From an uncultured Bacteroidales bacterium (GTDB taxonomy: Bacteria > Bacteroidota > Bacteroidia > Bacteroidales > Bacteroidaceae), in contig CACZBC010000004.1 in assembly GCA_902779315.1 (NCBI GenBank), forward strand, positions 33,506 to 97,505: a DNA stretch of 64,000 bases, read 5' to 3'. Shown here in pieces: positions 43,899-54,928 of this stretch. A model generated the notes under the pieces. That model was not told the origin of the DNA, searched no databases, and worked only from the letters and a program-made list of their open reading frames with translations. Position numbers and translations under genes: made by a program. Position 1 is the stretch's first letter, and each line of letters begins with the position of its first letter.

Positions 43899-45383
43899 CT
43901 ACTGCTGCGACACCTTGATGGGCTCCGTCAGAGCTTTCTCGCTGAACTGCCTTGGAGTAATGCGGACAGGCTCCTTCATGAACTCGGGACGGCTCCAGCT
44001 CCTGAGCAGAAGGCGGAAGTACTCCGGATCTTCAGCAGGCACCTCGAAAGCCTTGTGCACCCTGCCCTGCTTGTCGAAATAGGAGAAGTAGGTCCGCGTG
44101 TAGTTCCCATCATCCCGACGGCTCTCAAGCATAATCCAGCGATTGTTGCTCGAGAACGAAGGATAGCTTTCCGGCAACTGACTGTTCATCACGCTTGTGT
44201 TCAAGAGTTCGCCAGTCTGCAGGTCCAGGATTTGCACGTCTGCCGAGGTGTGCCAAATGTGGAAAAGTCCCCAAGGGCCTTCTGCAAAGAGCACATAACG
44301 TCCGTCTTGTGAGACGCGAGGCTGCACAGCACTACGTTCCTTCGACCTGGCATCATAAACCAGCTCAGGTTCTCCGAAGGTCATAGTCTCTGCATCAAAG
44401 CTGAGGCGGTACAGATTGTACTTCAGCGTCTTGTACTGCTGCAGAAGCTCATCCGTGTCCTCGTACTTCTTCAGATACTCGTGATAGGCCGAGCAATAGT
44501 AGAGCCACTTTCCGTCTGGGCTCCAAGAAGGGAAGAGTTCAAGCTCCAGGGAATCGTTCAGCACAGTCTGCACGCGGTTCTTCTTCACATCGTAGATGAC
44601 AAGGTCACTCGCCGACTCCATCACCTCCACCTTAGAAATCTCGCGTGTATGGAAACTCTGCATGGTGTGGTCCGTGCTGAAAGCGATAATGGGAAGGAAT
44701 GGGTGCCACGAATTATAAGCGGCAGCCGATATCATATCCTCAGCCTTGAGGTTCACGAAGATGAGCTCTCCGTCGCTCACAATCATGGTGCCCGGGTTCT
44801 GCATGCGCATGTGGAACATCATGTTGCTGGTTCCATAGTTCTGATAGGAGTGGCAATTGATGCATTGTCCCTCCAGACCCCTGCTGATTTGGCAGTTGTT
44901 GTAAATGGTTGTCTCCTGGAAATTTGTCAGATTGTACTGCCTGATGGACAACTCGTCGTACCCCACAAATGTCGGAGGAAGCACGCGATAGGAGATGTAC
45001 GGGTCGATGTCCTCCTCTGCGACACTAATCTGGAAAGGCTTGTAGGCTTGCCATTTCCCGTCCTTCTTCGTGTAGACAGTGACGGAGAGGTTCTTCCCTC
45101 GTGCCGAAGCAAGCAGTTCGTGCCACTCTTTCTCATCTATTTGAACCTTGTTCCTCTTGCCTCCATAAGTCAATTTAGTGTTTTGTATCTCAAACTCGGC
45201 CACTACATCATCCACACTATCAACCAGGAAATTGAGCGGAGCAATGTTGGGCGGAACCGTCACTCCTACATAATCAGGACAGATGCGGGGTTCTGCATCA
45301 ACACTCGTAAAGCTCGACGGCAAAGAAGGATGCTTGGAGCAGGAAGCAACCAAAAGCAAAAGAAAAAGGATTCTGTATTTCAT
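43899..45383 (-). CDS. lipoprotein with a TolB/PD40-like beta-propeller region and one CXXCH motif
   Basis: Start set at MKYRILFLLLLVASC (lipobox). Contains GQCINCHSY. The C-terminal repeats resemble a propeller (SWSPDGKWLYY, VSQDGRYVLF). Confidence 0.65.
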   Translation of the reverse strand: MKYRILFLLLLVASCSKHPSLPSSFTSVDAEPRICPDYVGVTVPPNIAPLNFLVDSVDDVVAEFEIQNTKLTYGGKRNKVQIDEKEWHELLASARGKNLSVTVYTKKDGKWQAYKPFQISVAEEDIDPYISYRVLPPTFVGYDELSIRQYNLTNFQETTIYNNCQISRGLEGQCINCHSYQNYGTSNMMFHMRMQNPGTMIVSDGELIFVNLKAEDMISAAAYNSWHPFLPIIAFSTDHTMQSFHTREISKVEVMESASDLVIYDVKKNRVQTVLNDSLELELFPSWSPDGKWLYYCSAYHEYLKKYEDTDELLQQYKTLKYNLYRLSFDAETMTFGEPELVYDARSKERSAVQPRVSQDGRYVLFAEGPWGLFHIWHTSADVQILDLQTGELLNTSVMNSQLPESYPSFSSNNRWIMLESRRDDGNYTRTYFSYFDKQGRVHKAFEVPAEDPEYFRLLLRSWSRPEFMKEPVRITPRQFSEKALTEPIKVSQQ

Positions 45384-45388
45384 GGCAA

Positions 45389-47284
45389 TCAATTTGTCTG
45401 TACTGCGCGGAGCACGTAATAGTCCCACATATATGTATCACCAAACTCAGGGCGGAGGGCACTGCCTATCTGCTTCTCATTCAAGCCCTGAGAAGAGTAT
45501 TGTCTCAACCTTTCCGTAAAGGCCTTGTACCTGTCCACAACTCGTTGGTCGAACTTCACGAACGAGAGGTTCACGCCTTCCATCCCCAGCTCATACACTC
45601 CGAAGAGCATGGCCTCCTGAACATGAATGGGGAAATACTTGCCGGGATTGATGTTGTAGAACTGCTGGACTTGCGACCAGAAGCAGTTCTTGTCGCGCAT
45701 TATCATGGCACAACCCAAGGCCACCTCCTGCGCTTCCGGGTCGTTAGTCAAGTTGTACATCCACTTCTTCATGATGGTCAGCTCCACAAATTTGTCGTCA
45801 ACTCCCACCAGCTCGGAGCCTTCGTTGTAAAGTTTCAAAGGCATGCGGAAGTGTTCATCTGTTGTGAGAAGTGTCTCATCATCTACGAAGCGTTCCATCT
45901 TCTCTGCCCACTTCCGCTGGAAAGTCGTTTTGTCCAACAGTCGGAGGTACTTCCTGGCATTCTCCTTCTCACCATTCACGAGGGCACACTGAGTGAGCAT
46001 TCGCATGGTATAATACGAGTAGCCGTAGTGCATGCAGCGCTCTATTGCCCTGCGAATGCCGAAGATGGTCTCACCATAGTTGTAGTATATGAGGTCGGCA
46101 GCCTGGTCGGCTATGCGGAAATGGATGGAGTCGCTAACCGTCACAGGCGGTATGCTCTCATTATTATATAGGTAACGCTTCGAACAAAGCTCGCCTCTGT
46201 TGATGAGTGCAATGTCGCGGAACATCACCATCTCCCTTGTGACGGGACCTTTCACCCTGGCCGCCTCGTTCAGGACATCATTCCATCGGCACTCCTCCAC
46301 CCCTCGTTGCATCCTCAGCTCGGCATGGAAATTGTAGTCTTTAAAGTCGCGAGAATATGCGCAGAACCACATCAAAGCGGCCACGACCACCATTATGCTT
46401 TGACTTTGCCAAAGTTTCTTTGAGCCCAGACGCTTGATGAAAGGGAAGAACAAGGGTGCTGCAAGCACGATGTAGAAAGGTATTTCGAGGGAATAGTCGC
46501 GCAGGTCGTCGAGCTCGAACTTGCGGAATCCATACATCCATGGCTGGTCTGGCCGCATTAATGTGGTGCCCGAAGTCTCCAAGAGAGGCACGAGCCAAAT
46601 GGTAAGCAGGAGTAACACAATCGATTTCCACGAAGTCCTGAGTGCCACAATAGCTGCTGCAAGCAAGGCATAGACGCCAAGCGGATAGTAGAAGACGGCT
46701 GCCACCAAAGGCACCCAAGCAAGGGCTATCCAACCCTGAACCTTCTCGCAGAAGGGCAGAACACGCCAAAAAGGAAGGGAAAGAAGCAGGGCTGCGAAGA
46801 GACCTAGGGAGTGGTAGAAGACATAGTCAATGTCCTTGAGAATGTAAACCCAATAACCCAGTTGGATCTCGCTGCACAACAAGGCCGCTATAGGAACGAA
46901 GAGCAGGAAGCTCCATTCGGTGGGAACCTTGAACGAGAGCTTTGCCACGACGAAGGTTACAAACCATAACGCGATGAGCATCAGCGTCCCGACGATGGGA
47001 TAATAGAAGTATTGCGTCAGGTACGAACCTGCCCAAGCAAGCCATCCTCCAGGCACTCTCGTACAATCGTGGAAGAAGATACTCGTGCTGTTCCACCAGC
47101 CACGATCCTGCATGAAGAACATCGTGTCGGCATTCCTCACATAAAGGAAATACCAACATAAAACAAGAAACGATAAAATGAAGAGAATGAGAAAAGCAAG
47201 AGGGGTTGCCACTTTCCTGTTTCCTGCTTTCCTTATTTTCTTGTTTTCCTCTTTCTTCAGTATCTTACGTACGTTTGTGCCCAT
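45389..47284 (-). CDS. large polytopic membrane protein with a C-terminal soluble domain (resembles DUF6057)
   Basis: About 10 or more hydrophobic helices in the first ~330 aa, then a ~300-aa helical domain. The ATG overlaps the upstream porin gene by 28 nt. The family name is from memory. Confidence 0.7.
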   Translation of the reverse strand: MGTNVRKILKKEENKKIRKAGNRKVATPLAFLILFILSFLVLCWYFLYVRNADTMFFMQDRGWWNSTSIFFHDCTRVPGGWLAWAGSYLTQYFYYPIVGTLMLIALWFVTFVVAKLSFKVPTEWSFLLFVPIAALLCSEIQLGYWVYILKDIDYVFYHSLGLFAALLLSLPFWRVLPFCEKVQGWIALAWVPLVAAVFYYPLGVYALLAAAIVALRTSWKSIVLLLLTIWLVPLLETSGTTLMRPDQPWMYGFRKFELDDLRDYSLEIPFYIVLAAPLFFPFIKRLGSKKLWQSQSIMVVVAALMWFCAYSRDFKDYNFHAELRMQRGVEECRWNDVLNEAARVKGPVTREMVMFRDIALINRGELCSKRYLYNNESIPPVTVSDSIHFRIADQAADLIYYNYGETIFGIRRAIERCMHYGYSYYTMRMLTQCALVNGEKENARKYLRLLDKTTFQRKWAEKMERFVDDETLLTTDEHFRMPLKLYNEGSELVGVDDKFVELTIMKKWMYNLTNDPEAQEVALGCAMIMRDKNCFWSQVQQFYNINPGKYFPIHVQEAMLFGVYELGMEGVNLSFVKFDQRVVDRYKAFTERLRQYSSQGLNEKQIGSALRPEFGDTYMWDYYVLRAVQTN

Positions 47285-48429
47285 AATTCATGATAGTTAT
47301 GATCGGTCGAAGTGCGGTCATTCACATAGTTGTACTGCACTTGGAATTTAAGGTTCTTATGTAGTTCGAAGTTCGGACAGATGCCGTAAATGCTCTTCAT
47401 CGAGCCGAATGTGGCATCCTTCCGATAGGCATCATAGGTGCCGTAAACCTTTAGCCAAGAGGTAATTGGCACGCCAAGAACGAGATACCAGCCGTCAGCT
47501 CTGCCAGTCGAGCCTTCCCTCCAAGTCTGAGTTTCCGTGTCGAAGTCATGGACGTTAAGTCCCGAATGATGGGCATATTCAGCCTTGAAGGTCCAGTCAT
47601 TATGCTCGTATATGCTGCCGATGGCCCATCTGTTGCGCCTCACGCTTGCCCCATTCTGGCCTGTATAAGTGCCTGTCCAACCGAAGAAACCGATGTAGAG
47701 GTCCTTGACGGGCTGCACCTGGATGTTACCCATCCAGTCCTTCTGCTTGTTGTTGTCTTTCCTGTTCTGTCCGTTGCCATTGAAAACTGCTGCCTGATAG
47801 CGGAAGAGCCTATGCTTGTCCTTGCCTACGGGAAGGAGGTCGCCCTGCAGCTGGAGTCCGATATCGCGGCCATTCTGAGCGACTTCGCCACTCGGATCAT
47901 CCATAGTCAAAGCCGTCATGTGCCTGCCAAGCTGCGAATAGTTGCCCATTCCCAAGTTCCAAGGATGCGACGGATTGTCGTAAGTGAAGCAGCGTTTGAA
48001 CTGTCCCACTTTGACCTGGAACTCCTTCCATCGCACCCACTCCAAGGTATAGTCGCGCATAGCCGGGTTCTTCAGCTCGAGTTGGACACGATACTTGAAG
48101 TCCCTAAGGATAGTTCCTGAGACATAAAACCTTATCAATCGGGCTTCGAAGCCATTCTCGTCGGCACCATCCTTGTTCGAATAGCTGTACTTTCCGACAA
48201 AGTAACCTCCGAATTGGGGAGCTGAGACGTACTTCGTGATATGGCGGCCATACTGAAGAGGCTCGTCCTGGGCCTCAACATCCGACATCGCCTTCTCAAT
48301 CGCTCTGTTCAGATAGGCCGTCAGAAAGCCTTCCTGATACTCGTCTGTCTGTTCTGCCCTGATTGGCGAAACAGCATAGCTAAGTATCAGAAACACAGCA
48401 AGTAATGTCTTATGGTACCTCGGAAACAC
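47257..48429 (-). CDS. outer-membrane porin (phosphate-selective porin O/P-like)
   Basis: GTG start, signal peptide LLAVFLILSYAVSPIRA, ...FGGYFVGKYSY... and a beta-barrel pattern ending ...AQTYVRY. Confidence 0.75.
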   Translation of the reverse strand: MFPRYHKTLLAVFLILSYAVSPIRAEQTDEYQEGFLTAYLNRAIEKAMSDVEAQDEPLQYGRHITKYVSAPQFGGYFVGKYSYSNKDGADENGFEARLIRFYVSGTILRDFKYRVQLELKNPAMRDYTLEWVRWKEFQVKVGQFKRCFTYDNPSHPWNLGMGNYSQLGRHMTALTMDDPSGEVAQNGRDIGLQLQGDLLPVGKDKHRLFRYQAAVFNGNGQNRKDNNKQKDWMGNIQVQPVKDLYIGFFGWTGTYTGQNGASVRRNRWAIGSIYEHNDWTFKAEYAHHSGLNVHDFDTETQTWREGSTGRADGWYLVLGVPITSWLKVYGTYDAYRKDATFGSMKSIYGICPNFELHKNLKFQVQYNYVNDRTSTDHNYHELWAQTYVRY

Positions 48430-48460
48430 AGTTACTTCATTTTAAGGCTGAAAACTTAAC

Positions 48461-48548
48461 GTGCCACGATTGCATTTAACTAGTGTGACGATTGCAATTT
48501 ACTAGTGTGACGTTTGCAATCATCACGTGCCACGTTTTTTGGCTAAGC
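48461..48548. repeat. 22-bp-period tandem array (array g), four units
   Basis: Units at 48461, 48483, 48505 and 48527: GTGCCACGATTGCATTTAACTA / GTGTGACGATTGCAATTTACTA / GTGTGACGTTTGCAATCATCAC / GTGCCACGTTTTTTGGCTAAGC. The last unit overlaps the leuB stop. Confidence 0.9.
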
Positions 48549-49622
48549 ACGCTTGATGTAATCCACTATCCAGGCTCCCACTTCCTTGGTGCCGTATTTC
48601 TCGCCGCCTTCAACCTGAATCTCAGGCGTGCGAACATTTTGGTCAAGGCTAGCATTCACGGCTTCGCGGATGAGTTTTCCTTCTTCCTTCAGGTCAAAGT
48701 ACTCGAAGAGCATGGCTACGGAAAGTATCTGAGCCAACGGATTAGCGATATTCAAACCCTTGCCTTGCGGCCAGCTTCCGTGAATAGGCTCAAAGACGGG
48801 AGTGGAGCTGCCAGTAGAAGCGCTTGGGAGCAACCCCATACTGCCAGTAATGCAACTGCCTTCGTCGGTCAGGATATCGCCGAAAGTGTTCTCCGTCACA
48901 ATCACGTCGAAGAAGCGAGGGTCTTGAATCATCCTCATCGCAGCATTGTCCACATACATAAAGTCCGTCACGACATCAGGATACTCGCCCATCATCTCTT
49001 GGGCTACCTTACGCCACAAACGGCTGGATGCCAAGACATTAGCCTTATCAACAACAGTCAGATGCTTTCTGCGAGCACGTGCATATTGGTAACCGACACG
49101 CAGGATTCGCTCCACTTCGGGGCGGCTGTAATAGTTCGTATCGAGTGCATCCTCCACGCCTTCTGCATTAACTGTGGGTTCTTGCTTCTTTCCAAAGTAC
49201 ATGCCGCCAGTCAGCTCGCGAATGCAAACAAAGTCAGCACCACGAACCAGCTCATCCTTGAGGGGAGACTTGTGCACCAAGCAATCGAAAGTCTCCACGG
49301 GACGGATGTTGGCATAAAGTCCCAGCTTCTTTCTCATAGCCAGCAATCCTTGTTCTGGACGCACTTTTGCCGAGGGATTATTGTCGAACTTCGGGTCGCC
49401 CACACTAGCGAAAAGGACTGCATCAGCCTCTTCGCAAGCCTGAAACGTCTCTTCTGGGAACGGGTCACCCACTTCGTCGATGGCATGAGCACCACAAAGC
49501 GCTTCCTTGTAACTGACTTCGTGACCGAACTTCTCGGCAACTGCGCTAAGCACAGCTACACCCTGTTCCATTATCTCTGGGCCGATACCATCGCCGGCCA
49601 ATACTGCGATTTTAAGTTTCAT
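48543..49622 (-). CDS. leuB: 3-isopropylmalate dehydrogenase
   Basis: [16 protein letters not shown]... and [11 protein letters not shown]. Confidence 0.95.
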   Translation of the reverse strand: MKLKIAVLAGDGIGPEIMEQGVAVLSAVAEKFGHEVSYKEALCGAHAIDEVGDPFPEETFQACEEADAVLFASVGDPKFDNNPSAKVRPEQGLLAMRKKLGLYANIRPVETFDCLVHKSPLKDELVRGADFVCIRELTGGMYFGKKQEPTVNAEGVEDALDTNYYSRPEVERILRVGYQYARARRKHLTVVDKANVLASSRLWRKVAQEMMGEYPDVVTDFMYVDNAAMRMIQDPRFFDVIVTENTFGDILTDEGSCITGSMGLLPSASTGSSTPVFEPIHGSWPQGKGLNIANPLAQILSVAMLFEYFDLKEEGKLIREAVNASLDQNVRTPEIQVEGGEKYGTKEVGAWIVDYIKRA

Positions 49623-49631
49623 ATTGTAGTT

Positions 49632-51173
49632 TTATTTGTTTTTATTCTCGTCTTCAAGCAGGTTGAGCATCTTGATGGTGCTCTTGATGGCTGCTTCCGT
49701 CTGGTCGGCATCAAGGCCTCGAGTACGAAGCACACGATCGTTCCAGTTCCACGTAATGACAGTCTGCACAAGGGCATCTGTTCGTCCACCTGGGGGAATG
49801 CTGACTGTGTAGTTCGTTAACCAAGGGAAATCACGCCCAAGACGGTTCTTGTAGATGTGACGGATGGCACGAACAAAGGCATCGAACTGACCGTCTCCCT
49901 TGGCACTTTCCTCGTAGGTCTCGCCATTCACTTCAAGCCGAACGCTTGCCAAAGGCTTAAGTCCGTAAGCCGTCGTCACTACATATGAGAGCAGTTTGAC
50001 GTGCTCTTCCGGTGCTCCATGCTTCAGGACATCACTCACGATATATGGGAGGTCTTCCTGCGTGACGAGCTCCTTCTTGTCGCCCAACTCGATGATGCGT
50101 TCAGTAACACGTTTCGTCTGCTCAGGCGAGAGCTCAAGTCCAAGCTCTTCAAGGTTGCGAAGGATGTTGGCTTTGCCCGAGTTCTTGCCAAGCGCATACT
50201 CACGCTTACGACCGAAACGCTCGGGCAGAAGAGCATTCTGATAGAGTCCTGCCTTGTTGTCGCCATCGGCATGAACGCCAGCAACCTGCGTAAACACGCT
50301 CTCGCCGGTAATGGGTTTGTTTGGCGGGATAGCAATACCGCTGTAACTTTCCACGAGACGAGACACCTCGCCCAAGCGACTCTCGTCAATATGGGTGAAG
50401 ACATGAAGGTGGTCTTTCAGGACGGCCTGCACGCTAGCAAGTGGCGCATTACCTGCCCTCTCACCCAAGCCGTTGACACTAGTATGGATGCCCCCGCAAC
50501 CTGCAGTAACTGCAGCAAGCACATTGCTGATGGCCAAGTCGTAATCGTTATGGGCATGGAAGTCGAAGCGACACGACGGATAGCGCTCCACCATTTGAGT
50601 CATGAAACCGGAAAGCTCTATTGGATTGAGGATGCCGAGTGTGTCAGGCAACATGATGCGCTCTATCGGCATCTCGCTTAGCTTGTCCATCAAGGCAAAG
50701 ACATAGTCGGAGCTGTCTTTCATGCCGTTGCTCCAATCCTCAAGGTAAACATTAACGCTAACGCCTTTCGACTTTGCATAGTCAATCGTGCGACGGATGT
50801 CGGCCACATGCTCCTCGAGTGTCTTGTGCAGTTGGCCTTCACAATGCTTCCGGCTCCCTTTGCAAAGGAGGTTCATGCACTTGCAACCGCTCTCCACAAT
50901 CCAGTCCACGCTCTTCGTCTCATCCACGAAACCGAGCACTTCCACCCTATCGAGTTTGTCATTCTGACTTGCCCAACGAGAGATGTTCTTGACTGCTTCC
51001 ATCTCGCCTTCCGAGACACGCGCGCTTGCCACCTCAATCCTATCGACATTCAGGTCCTGCAATAACGCACGAGCAATCATGAGTTTCTCGTGAGGCATGA
51101 AGCTTACGCCGCTGGTCTGTTCACCATCGCGCAGCGTAGTATCCATTATCTCTATCGTCCTTTCTTTTCCCAT
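49632..51173 (-). CDS. citramalate synthase / 2-isopropylmalate synthase paralogue
   Basis: [14 protein letters not shown]-like barrel, HAHNDYDL, and a C-terminal LeuA-type regulatory domain. It is the second synthase within the leu cluster. Confidence 0.85.
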   Translation of the reverse strand: MGKERTIEIMDTTLRDGEQTSGVSFMPHEKLMIARALLQDLNVDRIEVASARVSEGEMEAVKNISRWASQNDKLDRVEVLGFVDETKSVDWIVESGCKCMNLLCKGSRKHCEGQLHKTLEEHVADIRRTIDYAKSKGVSVNVYLEDWSNGMKDSSDYVFALMDKLSEMPIERIMLPDTLGILNPIELSGFMTQMVERYPSCRFDFHAHNDYDLAISNVLAAVTAGCGGIHTSVNGLGERAGNAPLASVQAVLKDHLHVFTHIDESRLGEVSRLVESYSGIAIPPNKPITGESVFTQVAGVHADGDNKAGLYQNALLPERFGRKREYALGKNSGKANILRNLEELGLELSPEQTKRVTERIIELGDKKELVTQEDLPYIVSDVLKHGAPEEHVKLLSYVVTTAYGLKPLASVRLEVNGETYEESAKGDGQFDAFVRAIRHIYKNRLGRDFPWLTNYTVSIPPGGRTDALVQTVITWNWNDRVLRTRGLDADQTEAAIKSTIKMLNLLEDENKNK

Positions 51174-51769
51174 TCTTCTATTTTATCCGTGTTGGAGAGG
51201 AGGAAATCTATGTCGTCGTAGGCATTCATCAAGCAGTACTTCTTGTAGCTGTTGATGGGGAACTGCTCGCTACGGCCTGTTGTGAGATTCGTTACGGTTT
51301 GATTGGGCACATCCACCTTCACTTCGGCTTTCGGATTATCCTTAACCGTTTGGAAAAGTTCTTGCTGAAACTCGCGGCTCACCACAACGGGAAGCACGAA
51401 GCAATTCAGCAGGTTGTTGCGATGGATGTCGGCAAAGCTGCTGCTTATCACCACTCTTGCTCCATAACCGGCAATCGCCCAAGCAGCATGTTCACGACTT
51501 GAACCCGAGCCCCAGTTCTGCCCGCCAATAATGATTTCATGGATGCCTTTGCTTGGAGCTTCACTATAAGCAGGCTGATTCATCACGAAGTCCTCGACAG
51601 GTTTGCCTTCTGCATCGTATCTGAGGTCGTGCATAAAGGCATCGCCAAAGAACTTAGGGTCGCGCGTGGTGCTTGCCAAGTAACGTGCAGGAATGATGAG
51701 GTCCGTGTTGCAATTGTCTATCTCTATGGGAAGACAAGTAGATTGTATGATGTCGAATTTCTGTTTCAT
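51152..51769 (-). CDS. leuD: 3-isopropylmalate dehydratase small subunit
   Basis: Start set at MKQKFDIIQSTCLPI, 4 nt after the leuC stop. GQNWGSGSSREHA motif. Confidence 0.92.
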   Translation of the reverse strand: MKQKFDIIQSTCLPIEIDNCNTDLIIPARYLASTTRDPKFFGDAFMHDLRYDAEGKPVEDFVMNQPAYSEAPSKGIHEIIIGGQNWGSGSSREHAAWAIAGYGARVVISSSFADIHRNNLLNCFVLPVVVSREFQQELFQTVKDNPKAEVKVDVPNQTVTNLTTGRSEQFPINSYKKYCLMNAYDDIDFLLSNTDKIEEWEKKGR

Positions 51770-51773
51770 AGCC

Positions 51774-53162
51774 TTACATCTTTCGTGGGTCAGTAATAAC
51801 ACCTGTGATGGCACTTGCCGCAACCACAAGCGGGGAAGCAAGAACGGTACGTGCTCCGGGACCTTGACGGCCGACAAAGTTTCTGTTAGAGGTAGAGATG
51901 CTGAGCTTGCCTGCAGGTACCTTATCTGGATTCATAGCAAGGCAACTTGAACAAGAAGGCAAACGGAGTTCAAAACCAGCTTCCTCAAGCACTTTATCAA
52001 TGCCTTCGTCTATGATTTGCTGACGCACCAACCAACTGCCGGGCACAAGCCAAGCCACCACATTCGCTGCCTTCTTCTTGCCTTTCACGATAGAGGCAAA
52101 AGCACGGAAGTCCTCGATTCGTCCGTTCGTACAAGCTCCTAAGAAACAATAATCTATAGGTGTGCCTTCAAGTTTCTGCCCTGGCTTAAACTGCATATAT
52201 TCGAGCTGGGCAAGGAACTGGGCTTGGTCGGCTTCTGGAATAGAGTCGAGCGTCGGGATACATTCATCGATAGCTATGCCTGCACCCGGGTTTGTGCCGT
52301 AAGTGATGCGAGGCTTAATATCCTCAGCACGATAGGTTACTTCCTTGTCGAAAACTGCATCATCATCGCTCTTAAGCTTCTTCCACTCCTCCACAGCCTT
52401 GTCCCAAGTCTCTCCTTTCGGAGCATATTCGCGTCCTTTCAGATAGGCAAAAGTCGTTTCATCTGGTGCAATAATGCCAGCACGACTGCCCATCTCGATG
52501 GAGAGATTAGAGAGCGTGAGGCGACCTTCCATAGACATATTGCGAATGGTGCTGCCTGCATATTCCACAGCATAACCCGTGGCGCCGCTGGTTGTCATTT
52601 GTGCCATGATGTAGAGGGCAACGTCCTTGGCTGTCACACCTTTCTGAAGTTCGCCCTCAATATTGATGCGCATGGTCTTGGGCTTCTGCTGCAGGATGCA
52701 TTGAGAAGCGAGCACCTGAGCAACTTCGCTAGTTCCGATACCCATCGCGATGGCTCCAACTGCTCCATGAGTCGAAGTATGCGAGTCGCCACAAACAATC
52801 GTCATGCCTGGCAGTGAGAGAGCCTTTTCAGGACCAACAACATGAATGATGCCGTTATCCTTCGTACCCATTGCAAAGTGGCGGATGCCAAACTCCTTGC
52901 AATTAGCGGCAAGCGTCTCAACCTGCTTTCTGCCTATAGGATCGTCAATACGTTCCTGCTGGTCGCTCGGCGTGTTGTGGTCAGGCATAGCGAAGATGTG
53001 GTCAGGACGGAAAGGCTTGATGCCTTTGTCGCGAAGCGTGTCGAAAGCCTGCGGACTGGTCACCTCGTGAGCATAGAGGCGATCTATATAAAGTTGCGTT
53101 GGGCCGTCTTCGACATTCTGCACGACATGAGCGTCCCAAATCTTATCAAATAAGGTCTTCAT
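51774..53162 (-). CDS. leuC: 3-isopropylmalate dehydratase large subunit
   Basis: Aconitase-family Fe-S ligand contexts [12 protein letters not shown] and [10 protein letters not shown]. Confidence 0.95.
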   Translation of the reverse strand: MKTLFDKIWDAHVVQNVEDGPTQLYIDRLYAHEVTSPQAFDTLRDKGIKPFRPDHIFAMPDHNTPSDQQERIDDPIGRKQVETLAANCKEFGIRHFAMGTKDNGIIHVVGPEKALSLPGMTIVCGDSHTSTHGAVGAIAMGIGTSEVAQVLASQCILQQKPKTMRINIEGELQKGVTAKDVALYIMAQMTTSGATGYAVEYAGSTIRNMSMEGRLTLSNLSIEMGSRAGIIAPDETTFAYLKGREYAPKGETWDKAVEEWKKLKSDDDAVFDKEVTYRAEDIKPRITYGTNPGAGIAIDECIPTLDSIPEADQAQFLAQLEYMQFKPGQKLEGTPIDYCFLGACTNGRIEDFRAFASIVKGKKKAANVVAWLVPGSWLVRQQIIDEGIDKVLEEAGFELRLPSCSSCLAMNPDKVPAGKLSISTSNRNFVGRQGPGARTVLASPLVVAASAITGVITDPRKM

Positions 53163-53198
53163 TCTTTAAATTTGTAATCTGAATTTATTTCTTTTGAA

Positions 53199-54701
53199 TT
53201 AAGACTTGAACTTATTTATACAATCAATATAAGCCTCAACAGAAGCCGTTACGATATCTGTGTTGGCGCCAAAGCCATAGTAGATCTTGCCGTCGTATTC
53301 CACTTGCATGTGGACCTTACCCATGTCGTCGGAACCCTTCGAAATGGCTTGGATGGTGAACTCGCGAAGTGTCATCTGACGCTTGATGATGGTCTTCAAG
53401 GCCTTGATGGCAGCATCGACAGGACCATTACCCGAAGCTGCACTCTCGAACTTTTCGTTGGCAATGAGCAGACCTATGCTGGCCACGCTGCGAACGCCCT
53501 TGCCCGTAGTAACCTGCAGATAGTCGAGCTTGACATTGTGCGAAGCAGTACGGTCGGCACCAGCCAATACCAAGATGTCGTCGTCTGTGATTTCCTTCTT
53601 CTTGTCGGCAAGTTTGAGGAACTCTTCGTAAACCTTATCCAAACGTTCGCCATCGATGTCAACTCCATTCACACTCAAGCGGTGCTTCAGGGCTGCACGA
53701 CCACTTCTTGCCGTCAAAACGATAGCGTTATCGTCGATACCCACGTCCTTGGGATTCATGATTTCGTAGGTCGAAGCGTTTTTCAGCACACCATCCTGAT
53801 GAATGCCGCTGCTGTGAGCGAAAGCGTTCCTGCCCACAATCGCCTTGTTTGGCTGCACAGGCATATTCATCAATGAGCTTACCATTCGGCTGGTTGGGAA
53901 TATCTTTGTCGTGTTGATGTTGGTGTCGATGCCAAGGTCGGGATGGGTCTTGAATATCATGGCAATTTCTTCGAGCGAGGTGTTGCCAGCCCTTTCGCCA
54001 ATGCCATTAATCGTTACCTCAGCCTGACGAGCACCGTTCAGTATGCCCGCCACAGTGTTGGCAGTCGCCATTCCGAGGTCGTTGTGACAATGTGTAGAGA
54101 GAATGCTCTTGCCGGCAGCAAAGGCATCAACATGTTCGTAGAGGTATTTTATCTTCTCACCATACTCGTAAGGAGTGCGGAAGCCTGTCGTATCGGGAAT
54201 GTTGCAAACCGTAGCACCAGCTTTCGTGACTGCTTCGATGACGCGAGCCAAGTACTCGTTGTCCGTGCGGCCAGCATCTTCGGCATAGAACTCCACGTCT
54301 TCCACGTACTTTTTGGCATACTTCACGGCAGCTACGGCACGCTCGATGATTTCCTCTGGAGTGGAGTTGAACTTGTATCGGATGTGGCTCTCGCTCGTTC
54401 CTATGCCAGTATGGATGCGCTTGTGCTTGGCATACTGCAGAGCTTCGGCAGCACAATCTATGTCTTTCTCGACGGCACGCGTCAAGGCACAAATCGTTGG
54501 CCAAGTCACAGCCTTACTGATTTCTATCACACTATTGAAGTCACCGGGGCTGCTGATGGGGAATCCTGCCTCGATAACATCCACGCCGAGAGCCTCGAGT
54601 TGCTTGGCAACCTGAATCTTCTCGACCGTATTCAGTTGACATCCTGGCACCTGTTCGCCATCGCGAAGCGTAGTGTCGAAAATAAACAATTTGTCACTCA
54701 T
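53199..54701 (-). CDS. leuA: 2-isopropylmalate synthase
   Basis: [19 protein letters not shown], and a C-terminal LeuA dimerisation/regulatory domain. Confidence 0.95.
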   Translation of the reverse strand: MSDKLFIFDTTLRDGEQVPGCQLNTVEKIQVAKQLEALGVDVIEAGFPISSPGDFNSVIEISKAVTWPTICALTRAVEKDIDCAAEALQYAKHKRIHTGIGTSESHIRYKFNSTPEEIIERAVAAVKYAKKYVEDVEFYAEDAGRTDNEYLARVIEAVTKAGATVCNIPDTTGFRTPYEYGEKIKYLYEHVDAFAAGKSILSTHCHNDLGMATANTVAGILNGARQAEVTINGIGERAGNTSLEEIAMIFKTHPDLGIDTNINTTKIFPTSRMVSSLMNMPVQPNKAIVGRNAFAHSSGIHQDGVLKNASTYEIMNPKDVGIDDNAIVLTARSGRAALKHRLSVNGVDIDGERLDKVYEEFLKLADKKKEITDDDILVLAGADRTASHNVKLDYLQVTTGKGVRSVASIGLLIANEKFESAASGNGPVDAAIKALKTIIKRQMTLREFTIQAISKGSDDMGKVHMQVEYDGKIYYGFGANTDIVTASVEAYIDCINKFKS

Positions 54702-54730
54702 ATTATATTATAGTTTACAATTTGCGCGTG

Positions 54731-54738
54731 CAAAGGTA
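54731..54738 (-). promoter_or_regulatory. -7 promoter box TAccTTTG for the leu operon
   Basis: TAnnTTTG match 29 nt upstream of the leuA ATG. This leaves no room for a leader-peptide attenuator. Confidence 0.55.
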
Positions 54739-54928
54739 CGAAAAAGCGAGCGAAATACAAAAGGAAAACGGATTTTTTTCTTTTTATTTCCGAGCGAAGA
54801 CTGTAGCTCAACCATAGGTCAAGGTCAGAAGAATAGTAGAGGAAACAAAACAAAGACAGAAAAAAGAGCCGTTAAATTAGCAAACTATGCCTGCAAGGTT
54901 TGACAACTACTGCAGAGTCGTCCGAAAA

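Noticed and set aside
54702-54928. Leader-peptide attenuator or T-box upstream of leuA.
   Set aside because: The -7 promoter box lies only 29 nt from the leuA ATG, which leaves no room for a leader. The sequence further upstream has no Leu-codon-rich mini-ORF or terminator/antiterminator pair.
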